A stretch of 64,000 nucleotides of DNA. Origin: Syntrophorhabdaceae bacterium. Lineage in GTDB: Bacteria > Desulfobacterota > Syntrophorhabdia > Syntrophorhabdales > Syntrophorhabdaceae. The stretch's first letter is position 1, and every line of letters starts with the position of its first letter. Under the pieces are notes generated by a model that was given only the letters and a program-made list of their open reading frames with translations, did not search any database and was not told the DNA's origin. The translations under genes and the position numbers were made by a program. The DNA lies in NCBI GenBank assembly GCA_963666485.2, contig CAXXUO010000004.1, forward strand, positions 32,001-96,000, written 5' to 3'. Shown here in pieces: positions 1 through 8,149 of this stretch.

Positions 1-2100
1 GCCGCAGCCCCGTCAAAAAAAGTCTTCGCGATCATAGTCCATGACCCCGCGCGGCCGGACTTTGCGGTGACCGAAGACGATATCACCGCACCGGCCGCAA
101 GTCTCAATAACGATCACAAGAAACCGTACCTTTCCCTCGGCCGGACGCCCGGCAATGATCTGACGGTCGCCTATGACACGATCCATACCGCGGTAAATGC
201 CGCACGGAGCATATATTCCCACCTGCTGGGCCGCCACCATTCAGGCAACGGCCGGCTGCCCGTAAAAATATACGTCAGGTGCGCTTCCACCCAGGACGAA
301 AGAACAGTCCTGTCCCAGGGTGCAGGAAATGATCTTAATGGTGTTGACTTCGGGAATATCTATATCGCCCCGGAAGTCTACCAGTACATGAACAATTATT
401 ACCGCATAGCGGGGGAAACAGGCCCCGGCTTTGAAGAGGCCGGCAATGTTTATACCATGCTCGATGAGACAAGGCCGGCTGAATCCCCGGCCATTGCCGA
501 CGCGAGCGGCGCGACCGGCGCGACCGGCCCCGCTGCCGCAGCCTCTCAGATGATGTGCTTCTATTGCGGGAGCGGCCGTCACACAGCCTCCTCGTGTCCT
601 TCAAAGGGTCTCGCGGAGACCGGAAGGTCGCTCAACAGGCTGGGATACTATTCCGTGCACGCGATCGAAGAGCTTGCGCGGTCCATCCAGAGCCCTTCCG
701 AAGACATCAAGGTGTCAGCACAGGCATTTTCGATCGAATCTCAGCTGACGAAACAGGAATTAATAGCGCACGCCTTCTATGATCTCAGGAGCATCTACCA
801 GCTTCGTTTTCACCAGACCGTCTGGAACACGAAGGCCAAAACATGGGAGACCATGCTTTCCGGGATCATTGAGAACCAGGGTGGCTTCGCCTGGCTTGCC
901 CAGGATTCACTGCGCGTTGGCAGTTTCGAAAAAGCGAGGTCTTTCGTCAAGCTGGCCCTCGAACGAAAACCGCGTGATTACAAGGCCTGGTGCATCTCGG
1001 GGTTTTTGAGTATCGAAAACGGCGACCTTGCTGCCGCGTGCAATGATTTCGAGACAGCATTTGAATGTGCCGATGCGGGGATCCCGAAAACATACGTCTC
1101 TCTCATTCTCGCGCGGCTCTATAAATTTGCAGGCGACCAGAAACGCTTAAGGGAGATGGTCAGTGCGATCCTCGCAAGCGACCCCACGTGCAGGGAAGCA
1201 TTGTATGAGGATGTGATCCTGAGATTCACGGACAATAGTGAAAAATCGGCGATACAGCGCTTGATGAGGCTCGTGCGTGATCACAGGGATTATTTCGTGA
1301 TCGCGCTCATCGATCCCGAGATCAGAGCGTGGAGGAATGTCATTTACCCGCATGTTTTCGAGATCCTCCTCGAGGCAAAAAAGGAGGCTGCGGGCCATTA
1401 CGAAGACGCAAAGAAAGAGATCGGGAAGATACGGTCATTGCTTGCCCGGGAGACGCTGGAAACGATAGACCCCCTGCTCATCGAAATAGAACGGCTGGCA
1501 CAGTCAGAGAGCTATGCGGCCTGCCTCGACGTTCCGTCGAAATGCAGCAGTGTCAGGATAATCTGTAAAAACGCCCTCAACGAACAGATCCACATGATAA
1601 CGGACGTTATCCGGACACTCAGGTCGCGGTTTCAAAAGGCGGATGAATTCCTCGCGTCATACCGGTATCACTATTTTGTGCGTAATTACAGGCGGCAACT
1701 TGACTACCTCAAGACAACGCTCGCCAACGTCGGCGACGTGCGCATTTTTGAATCCTCCGCGCAGTTTCAGCGCTGTTATGAGACCTGTCAGGAAATATCC
1801 CGTGAACTGTCGTCGCTCGAAACCTCGATGGAATACCTCGATATGACGGCACAGATGATAAATATGTGCTGGAAATTCCTGAAGCACTCATCAATCTTCT
1901 TTTCGATCGTGTTCTTCCTTGGCGTCTTCATCTTTCCCCTGATCTCGGACCAGTTGAATGCAATCGTGTCGCGGCTCGACATTTCCGTCTTCCCGAACTC
2001 ATGGTCACTGCAAAAATCCCTGTTGATCTTCGGAGGAATTCTCAGCCTCGTTGCATCCTTTCTTATCGCCATCAAGGAAGCGCTGAAAGGCAGGGAATAG
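1..2100 (+). CDS. Membrane-anchored TPR protein with CCHC zinc knuckle and degenerate nucleotide-cyclase-like N-terminal segment (5' end outside window)
   Basis: Frame is open from base 1 (AAAPSKKVFAIIVHDP...) into the 677-aa ORF. CFYCGSGRHTASSC at 556-597 fits C-x2-C-x4-H-x4-C. TPR-like helices (ALERKPRDYKAWCISGFLSIENGDLAAACNDFETA), a coiled-coil-like region and two C-terminal hydrophobic helices follow. Confidence 0.8.
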   Translation, partial: AAAPSKKVFAIIVHDPARPDFAVTEDDITAPAASLNNDHKKPYLSLGRTPGNDLTVAYDTIHTAVNAARSIYSHLLGRHHSGNGRLPVKIYVRCASTQDERTVLSQGAGNDLNGVDFGNIYIAPEVYQYMNNYYRIAGETGPGFEEAGNVYTMLDETRPAESPAIADASGATGATGPAAAASQMMCFYCGSGRHTASSCPSKGLAETGRSLNRLGYYSVHAIEELARSIQSPSEDIKVSAQAFSIESQLTKQELIAHAFYDLRSIYQLRFHQTVWNTKAKTWETMLSGIIENQGGFAWLAQDSLRVGSFEKARSFVKLALERKPRDYKAWCISGFLSIENGDLAAACNDFETAFECADAGIPKTYVSLILARLYKFAGDQKRLREMVSAILASDPTCREALYEDVILRFTDNSEKSAIQRLMRLVRDHRDYFVIALIDPEIRAWRNVIYPHVFEILLEAKKEAAGHYEDAKKEIGKIRSLLARETLETIDPLLIEIERLAQSESYAACLDVPSKCSSVRIICKNALNEQIHMITDVIRTLRSRFQKADEFLASYRYHYFVRNYRRQLDYLKTTLANVGDVRIFESSAQFQRCYETCQEISRELSSLETSMEYLDMTAQMINMCWKFLKHSSIFFSIVFFLGVFIFPLISDQLNAIVSRLDISVFPNSWSLQKSLLIFGGILSLVASFLIAIKEALKGRE

Positions 2101-2140
2101 CCGTTGATAACACAATAAAAGACCACCCATATATTGACCC

Positions 2141-2282
2141 TTTACCAACTATCGTCATCCACTACCACCTATCGTCATCCACTACCACCTATCGTCATCC
2201 ACTACCACCTATCGTCATCCACTACCATCCATAGTCATCCCCTACCATCGATAGTCATCCCCTACCCCCCCCGCCGTCATCC
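2141..2282 (+). repeat. Tandem array of about 7 x 20-bp units (ACTACCACCTATCGTCATCC)
   Basis: Three identical units at 2161-2220, with degenerate units at 2141-2160 and 2221-2282. The last unit merges into the palindrome at 2273. Confidence 0.95.
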
Positions 2283-2427
2283 CGGTGCTTGACACCGGGA
2301 TCCAAGGTTTTCGCACTTTCTCCTACTCCCACTTTCATGATTGCTGCCCCTTTGGGCTACGTAAACTCGAAACCAGGAAACAAAGGCAAAGACACTGGAT
2401 CCCGGTGTCGAGCACCGGGATGACGGC
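2273..2427. mobile_element. REPIN/MITE-like element: two inverted 32-bp palindromic REP-like units (WPE/RPE-like)
   Basis: GCCGTCATCCCGGTGCTTGACACCGGGATCCA (2273-2304) matches the reverse complement of 2396-2427 at 31/32 positions. Each unit has a 9-bp stem (ATCCCGGTG/CACCGGGAT) and a 5-nt loop. The spacer is 91 bp. Confidence 0.75.
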
Positions 2428-2560
2428 TGGTGGGTGCGGATGACGGCTGGTGGGTGCGGATGACGGCTGGTGGGTGCGGATGAGGGCTGGTGGGTGCGGA
2501 TGAGGGCTGGTGGGTGCGGATGAGGGCTGGTGGGTATATGATGACGGCTGGTGAGTAGGT
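2418..2560 (+). repeat. Tandem array of about 7 x 20-bp units (GGATGA[C/G]GGCTGGTGGGTGC)
   Basis: Units start at 2418, 2438, 2458, 2478, 2498 and 2518, followed by a degenerate copy. The reverse complement of the unit matches the left-array unit at 14/20 positions. Confidence 0.95.
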
Positions 2561-2610
2561 GACGGCGAGGGGTTGTCGTTCATTAAGCCACCAACCTCTA
2601 GCCTTTATTC

Positions 2611-2639
2611 TTTACAGTTCATCCTTCTGTCGATATAAT
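2611..2639 (+). promoter_or_regulatory. Sigma70-type promoter
   Basis: TTTACA (2611-2616), 17 nt, TATAAT (2634-2639), located 10 nt before the ATG at 2650. Confidence 0.65.
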
Positions 2640-2649
2640 ATCCACCTGT

Positions 2650-3309
2650 ATGTCGAACTTGAGCTTGAACGAACTCGCCGAACTGCTCCTCGTCGCGTCA
2701 CTCGCGGAGACCGAAGAACTCGGTCATATGAACTTCTTCATCTCCGTTACTGAAATAGCGGCAAACCTCGGCATCGAAGACCAGGAGCAGATCATTGAAG
2801 CCTGCCACCTCCTCGAAGAAAAAGGCTGCATTCTCCTCGCATTTGACCACGCGACTGCTTTGAGCGCTTCGATCACTCCTGAAGGGGAGGCATATGTGGA
2901 GCGGGGCGGGGAAACAGGGATAATCGGCGAATATCAGAGATACAGGACGGCCAGGGCAACGGGCAACGTACCCGGCATCGAATTCGAGGGGCCCGACCAA
3001 CCCGTACCGGAAAGCATCCCGTCCGGCCCACCCCCGCAAAGTACGCCTGACCCGGTCATGCATAACCCTTCACCGGGGGCAGCGCGAGAGGACCTGACTC
3101 ATATCATCGCCAGCCTTGAAATGTTGATAAGCAATGACCCTTCGGTATCGGCGGCCGAGAAGTCCGACCTCATTCTGGACCTCAAGAGCCTTGCCTTCCA
3201 GGCGTCGAGGAACACCCCGCGAAAGGCCGTCATAAGCGCAATTGCATCGGACTTGAGAAAACTTCCCGCCCTTACGGCCCTTGTCGATCTCCTTCTTACA
3301 AAGATCTGA
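2650..3309 (+). CDS. Hypothetical protein (possible N-terminal winged helix, Pro-rich linker, C-terminal helical domain)
   Basis: 219-aa ORF behind a good promoter. The segment ISVTEIAANLGIEDQEQIIEACHLLEEKGCI...SITPEGEAYVE is wHTH-like. Confidence 0.7.
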   Translation: MSNLSLNELAELLLVASLAETEELGHMNFFISVTEIAANLGIEDQEQIIEACHLLEEKGCILLAFDHATALSASITPEGEAYVERGGETGIIGEYQRYRTARATGNVPGIEFEGPDQPVPESIPSGPPPQSTPDPVMHNPSPGAAREDLTHIIASLEMLISNDPSVSAAEKSDLILDLKSLAFQASRNTPRKAVISAIASDLRKLPALTALVDLLLTKI

Positions 3310-3494
3310 AATAAAGAAGATGCTTAATTATCCATGATGCAGGGTTGTCCGGCTGGTCGTGTGCTCCGGTTAATATTCTTGCCATCCTGTTTACGCGAAA
3401 AGATGTCGGAACGCGCATAACCGTCGGTATGCGTGCTACAGGGAGGAAGGTCTATCCGCCCGTATTCCGAACCTCCACGGGCGGAAATCAGTCA

Positions 3495-3968
3495 TTATTC
3501 AAACGAAAAATCCAGGAACATGACTTCCTGGGTCCCGTTCCCTACTGAAAAATTGAAAGGCAGCTGAACGATAGGGAGTGTCGTGATGAAGTTCAGTTCG
3601 ATCTCCTTTCCGACGATAACCATCGGGATAGCCGCCTTGAGGTTGATCCCTGCCTTCTCAAACTCTTTTCTCGCCTGCCCGGAGATTATGTTCGTTATCT
3701 CGCCGATGGCATCGACCACATCCGGATTGATCGACTCTGATTCATCCCCGATGAGGGTTTTGTATATGAAAAGGGCGCCTTTGTCCTGGAAACTGATCGT
3801 AATGGTGCCCTTCTTGTCACCGACGAGGCCCATGATACCCGTCACCTCGCCCGAAGTGGTCCGGCTCGTCTTTATCACCGGCTTACTTAAAGTGGCCTCG
3901 ATCCCCAGCATGGTCTTGAAAACAGACTGGGCTGCCATGATAAAAGGGTTAATATACTTAACGTCCAT
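3495..3968 (-). CDS. cheX: Chemotaxis phosphatase CheX
   Basis: MDVKYINPFI start, DAIGEITNIISG (E-x2-N motif) and AIPMVIVG. Immediately downstream of cheY. Confidence 0.92.
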   Translation of the reverse strand: MDVKYINPFIMAAQSVFKTMLGIEATLSKPVIKTSRTTSGEVTGIMGLVGDKKGTITISFQDKGALFIYKTLIGDESESINPDVVDAIGEITNIISGQARKEFEKAGINLKAAIPMVIVGKEIELNFITTLPIVQLPFNFSVGNGTQEVMFLDFSFE

Positions 3969-3986
3969 CGACTCCCTCCGGCGCTG

Positions 3987-4361
3987 TTATTTTCCGACCT
4001 TGGCTTTTGCCTTATCTATCGCTTCCCGCAGCTTGTCAGGCGTGAACGGTTTTACGATATAATTATCGACACCCGACTTTATGGCCTCCATGATCATGTC
4101 CTTCTGCGCCTCCGCGGTGACCATGATAAAGGGGATCTTCTTGATGTTGTCATCGGCCTTGCAGGCCTTCAGAAACTCTATGCCCGTCATCTCCGGCATG
4201 ATCCAGTCGCTTACGATGAGGTCCACGGTGTCCCCGGCGAGGATACTGAGGGCATGTTTGCCATTCTCCGCCTCGAGCACATTCTCTATATTGATCTGCT
4301 TCAAGACATTCTTGATAATCTTTCTCATCGTCGCAAAATCGTCAACAACGAGTACTTTCAT
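3987..4361 (-). CDS. cheY: Chemotaxis response regulator CheY
   Basis: Single receiver domain: LVVDDFATMRKI, SDWIMPEMTG, FIMVTAEA, YIVKPFT. GGAGG RBS upstream. Confidence 0.93.
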   Translation of the reverse strand: MKVLVVDDFATMRKIIKNVLKQINIENVLEAENGKHALSILAGDTVDLIVSDWIMPEMTGIEFLKACKADDNIKKIPFIMVTAEAQKDMIMEAIKSGVDNYIVKPFTPDKLREAIDKAKAKVGK

Positions 4362-4410
4362 AGACTAACCTCCATTATTCGGGGTTCAGGTTCATGCCAA
4401 ACTAAGTAAT

Positions 4411-4437
4411 TTATCGTGCAAAGCTCAATTAACTTAA
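4411..4437 (-). promoter_or_regulatory. Putative sigma28 (FliA) promoter for cheY-cheX
   Basis: Minus strand TTAAGTTA-N11-CACGATAA versus consensus TAAAGTTT-N11-GCCGATAA (6/8 and 6/8), 50 nt upstream of cheY. Confidence 0.5.
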
Positions 4438-4558
4438 TAAGACCCGCGAACATTTATCGTAAATATCAGCGGTTTTAGGCCGCGCAGGCCTTTGAACAGT
4501 TGCGGCATGGCGTTAAAATCTTGTAATATCTTATAAACGAACAGTCACGGGCCAAAGC

Positions 4559-5947
4559 ATGACCGACCAGGAATTCCTAGATACACTCGAGCTCTTTGAG
4601 CAACGTCATATTCTGAAGCATTACAGAACGCTATCACCCCCCCACAGGCGGTCATTTCTGGATGCGAACAGGGAGCTGGACATCCACCTTGTGTTTCAGC
4701 TGTATAAAGAATTCTGCCGGGCTGATCACGGTATTATCGATTCCGCGACGATCAGCCCGCCGGACGTTATCTGCATGGCAAATGATGCCCCGGGAAGTTC
4801 AGGCGACTTGACGGCCCTTACCCGCGGAGAAGCCCTGTTACGCCGGCAAAAAGTAGCGGTCCTCATCGTGGCCGGCGGCCAGGGTTCACGCCTGGGGTTC
4901 GAGGGCCCAAAAGGCACGTTCCCCCTCTCGCCGGTCAAGGGAAAAACACTTTTCCAGCTCATGGCCGAGCAGGTCAGGTCCCTCTCCATGCGATACGCGG
5001 TCTCTATACCCCTTCTCATCATGACAAGCAGCGACAACCATCGCGACACCGTCGGTTTTTTTAAACAGAACCGGTACTTCGGACTGAATCCCGACATGGT
5101 CCATTTCTTTTCCCAGGGCGTATTGCCTGCTGTTACGCTCAACGGCCAGCTGATCCTGAAAGACAACGTTCGTCTTTACACAAGCCCCAACGGCCACGGC
5201 GGGTCTCTGAAGGCCCTCTGGGACTCGGGCCTGCTCATCAAGCTGATGGATGCCGGGTATGAAGACCTCTTTTACTGCCAGGTGGACAATCCCCTTGTCA
5301 GGATCGCGGACCCGGTCTTTCTCGGGCACCACCGGCAGGGCCAATGCCAGGTATCCACGAAGGTCGTCAGGCGCAGAAGCATCAAGGAAAAGGTTGGCGT
5401 CTATGTCAGGCTCAACGGAAAAGACGCCATTGCCGAATACAGCGACCTCGACGAGAGACACATGTCCGCCCTCGACGAAAAAGGAGACATTTTATACTGG
5501 GCCGGGAACACCGCCATTCATACCTTTTCCCTCTCATTCATACGGGAGCTCAACAGGCACGGTTTTGCCCTGCCCTACCACTCTGCAAAGAAGTCGGCCT
5601 ATGTTATCTCCTCCGACTGGGAACCGGCAAACATAGATGTTTGGAAATTCGAGACGTTCGTATTCGACGCGATTCCCTTCGCCAGGAAGACATGCTGCAT
5701 GGAGATTAGAAGAGAGGACGAATTCGCACCCGTCAAGAACAAGGACGGTGACGACTCTCCTGACACGGCACGTGCAGCACTGACAACCCTCTACCGCGAC
5801 TGGCTCATGAAGGCCGGGATCAACGTGTCCGAAAGTGCACGGCTCGAGATAAGTCCGTTGTACGCGTTAAGCCCGCGGGATGTTGTGGAGAAGCTTAAAG
5901 GGAAGAAGTTGCCGCTGGATGGGGATGGGGATGTGTATTTGGAGTAA
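4559..5947 (+). CDS. UDP-N-acetylglucosamine pyrophosphorylase, UAP1/UDPGP type 1 family
   Basis: Motifs LIVAGGQGSRLGFEGPKG, PNGHGG, QVDNPL, EKVGV, EYSDL, KFETFVFD and REDEFAPVKN. Confidence 0.9.
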   Translation: MTDQEFLDTLELFEQRHILKHYRTLSPPHRRSFLDANRELDIHLVFQLYKEFCRADHGIIDSATISPPDVICMANDAPGSSGDLTALTRGEALLRRQKVAVLIVAGGQGSRLGFEGPKGTFPLSPVKGKTLFQLMAEQVRSLSMRYAVSIPLLIMTSSDNHRDTVGFFKQNRYFGLNPDMVHFFSQGVLPAVTLNGQLILKDNVRLYTSPNGHGGSLKALWDSGLLIKLMDAGYEDLFYCQVDNPLVRIADPVFLGHHRQGQCQVSTKVVRRRSIKEKVGVYVRLNGKDAIAEYSDLDERHMSALDEKGDILYWAGNTAIHTFSLSFIRELNRHGFALPYHSAKKSAYVISSDWEPANIDVWKFETFVFDAIPFARKTCCMEIRREDEFAPVKNKDGDDSPDTARAALTTLYRDWLMKAGINVSESARLEISPLYALSPRDVVEKLKGKKLPLDGDGDVYLE

Positions 5948-6164
5948 CGGCGTACGGCTGACGGCGTACGGCTGACGGAAAAGAAAAAAACAAAGTCATT
6001 GAGGAAAACTCGCAGACTATTGGCCGTTATCAGTCCCTAGTTGCAGGCATAATAAAAGGTTACCACGTACCGGCCGTCTACCATTGCCCCGCGATGTTGG
6101 TGGTCTAATGCATTCCTTCATTATCCCATCAACCGTAAGCCGTACGCCGTCAGCCGTACGCCGT
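5947..6164. repeat. Heptamer-built 32-bp terminal inverted repeats enclosing 154 non-coding bp (MITE-like)
   Basis: ACGGCGT-ACGGCTG-ACGGCGT-ACGGCTG-ACGG at 5947-5978. The reverse complement of 6133-6164 is 31/32 identical. Confidence 0.9.
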
Positions 6165-6166
6165 CC

Positions 6167-7138
6167 TCACATCCTGTCCCCGGCCGTGAGGTACCATTCA
6201 CCGATATACCAGGGGCTTGCGGGATCGTAAAGGTCTGCGGGAGTAGGGGTGCCTGAAGGTGGTTCGGGATACGTTCCCCGTAAGACCTCCCCATCCGCGA
6301 TCATGGTGGTTAAAAAACCCGGCACATGTTCGAAACCGAGCTTAATTGCATCATTTTTTAAAAGCGATGAAGCTGTGAAGAAAAAGAGGCGCCTTTCGTT
6401 CTCGAGGGAGCGTGCACAGCATGCCCTCAAAATGTCTTCCGGTGAATGACCTGAGTGACCCGAAAAGGCTAAGAGCCGATCGAAAGGCCCCTTCTTTTCG
6501 ACTATGCCCACACATTCCCCGTCGATGCAGAGAAATTCCATGACTTCCGGCCTTTCGATGAACTGAGACCGCCATTCTTCAGGAGAATATGTAAGACGGG
6601 GATGCCTCGCCATATCCGGGCGCATGAACCGGGATATGTTGAGGGAGCATTCCGTGATATCAGAAACGCCTGCCAGCTCCAGAGGCGCCCCCGGCCGGGG
6701 CGTGGCAGGCCCGGTAACGAGGTAATGGGTTGGAAATACGGCCGCGCCCTTGTGTAAAAGCCGTTTCATGCTCGGGTTCGTTTGCGTGACGAATGCAATG
6801 AGAAGCGCTGCTCCGGAAGCCTGCGCGAGCTTTAACGATTGATCGATCATGAGTGTGAAGCATCCCTGGTTGCGTGCTTCCGGGAGGGTCCAGGAGCCGG
6901 TCATGATAGCGACAGGGACCGTTGTATCGTTGAGCAGGGCATGCCGGTATGTCACCGCCGATCCCCCGAGAAGAACGTCTTTTTCCTTAAGGAGCATGAT
7001 GTCGGGTTTCCTGCCGCCCAACCGCCGCTCAAAACACCACCGGTACATTGCGGTCCCGCCCCAATCGCCAAAACACCTGTTCAGGCATTCAAGGTAAAGA
7101 TCTTCAGTATGCCCAGGATTGACCACGATATCGATCAT
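6167..7138 (-). CDS. GNAT-family N-acetyltransferase
   Basis: Motif-A-like SWTLPEARNQGCFTLM. Start overlaps the stop of the upstream deacetylase (ATGA). Confidence 0.7.
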   Translation of the reverse strand: MIDIVVNPGHTEDLYLECLNRCFGDWGGTAMYRWCFERRLGGRKPDIMLLKEKDVLLGGSAVTYRHALLNDTTVPVAIMTGSWTLPEARNQGCFTLMIDQSLKLAQASGAALLIAFVTQTNPSMKRLLHKGAAVFPTHYLVTGPATPRPGAPLELAGVSDITECSLNISRFMRPDMARHPRLTYSPEEWRSQFIERPEVMEFLCIDGECVGIVEKKGPFDRLLAFSGHSGHSPEDILRACCARSLENERRLFFFTASSLLKNDAIKLGFEHVPGFLTTMIADGEVLRGTYPEPPSGTPTPADLYDPASPWYIGEWYLTAGDRM

Positions 7139-8103
7139 GCATTCCCCGCCGATTCCGGGCCACTTTCAAATACCCGGTGAACCACCTCTCCCATTGATGT
7201 CCAGAACAAGGCATCGCCATATTTCTGCTCGAGCATCGTTAAAAGCATGTCGAGGAAATTCCTGTATCCCAGGTCTAATCCGTCATCAGCTACGTAATCG
7301 AAAACTTTTTTGATGGCGTGGGCTTTTATGGACAGGAGACCGCCCGCCTCTATGATCTCGAAGGCCCTGTCAATGGTGTTGGTACACGAAAAATTCGATG
7401 TAATATGAACAAGCCTGGCATCGTGGATCCATTGGGGATAGATCACGGATACGCCGTTCATTCCATGTGCCTGTGTTTGTGCATCGGCGCAAACGGGTGT
7501 GGTCAGGTCCCTGGCCGAACCTATGAACCTCAGGCCGACCCTGACCATGGCATCGAGCAGTGCGGGCGGCGAATTCCAGCCCGGCGGGCAAATCCCCGGG
7601 ACGAAATCAATGCCGGCCTGCCGGAAAATGGCAATGGTCTCTTTGAGGAGCGCCGTGAATTCTTCACTATTCTGATCCTGAAATTCGATGGGGATCCTTA
7701 AGCCCTTGTGGCAGTGGTGAAGGCCGTGAAGGGCTATTTCAGCCCTTGGAAGGGATTTAATGTAATGAACGAATCCGGTATGCCGGTCAAGTCTCATGGT
7801 GCCCCGCGGCCAACGCTTCGCCAGGTAGAAACGGTCGCGAAGGCCGGGAATTGCCGCGAGCACTTTTCGTGTCGGGCGCGGATGGATCTCTCTCCAGTCA
7901 GCCGTGACAAAGAGGGTTGCACGAAGAAGCGGGTGCCGCTCGAGGAGCCATTCCAGGTGTCCCAACACACCGTCACCAAGGTCACCGCCCGCTTCATAAT
8001 AATCGGATGATCTCGCGGGGTGAATGTCGTCTATGCTCAGGCATACGGCCGCCTTTTTGCCTGGCGGAAGCCAGTTGTTGGGAAACCCGCCGGTATTCGT
8101 CAA
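7135..8103 (-). CDS. Polysaccharide deacetylase-like protein (CE4/DUF2334-like)
   Basis: Motifs CLSIDDIHP, ATLFVT, EIALHGLHH and PPGWN. TTG start preceded by GAAGGA. Confidence 0.75.
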   Translation of the reverse strand: MTNTGGFPNNWLPPGKKAAVCLSIDDIHPARSSDYYEAGGDLGDGVLGHLEWLLERHPLLRATLFVTADWREIHPRPTRKVLAAIPGLRDRFYLAKRWPRGTMRLDRHTGFVHYIKSLPRAEIALHGLHHCHKGLRIPIEFQDQNSEEFTALLKETIAIFRQAGIDFVPGICPPGWNSPPALLDAMVRVGLRFIGSARDLTTPVCADAQTQAHGMNGVSVIYPQWIHDARLVHITSNFSCTNTIDRAFEIIEAGGLLSIKAHAIKKVFDYVADDGLDLGYRNFLDMLLTMLEQKYGDALFWTSMGEVVHRVFESGPESAGNA

Positions 8104-8149
8104 AAAATGGTCCTTCCCTTCATGCCGGAAATGAAATGGGAGCGGGATG

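Noticed and set aside
2141..2560. CRISPR array
   Set aside because: Units are contiguous 20-mers without unique spacers, and there are no cas genes in the window.
2335..2583. 82-aa minus-strand ORF (and the tail of ORF 1866-2234)
   Set aside because: These are translations of the tandem repeats and palindrome, with no independent coding evidence.
3410..3485. Two small hairpins (CGCGCATA/TATGCGTG and TCCGCCCGT/ACGGGCGGA) downstream of cheX, as riboswitch or terminator
   Set aside because: They lie between convergent genes, show no recognisable aptamer motif and have no clear U-tract.
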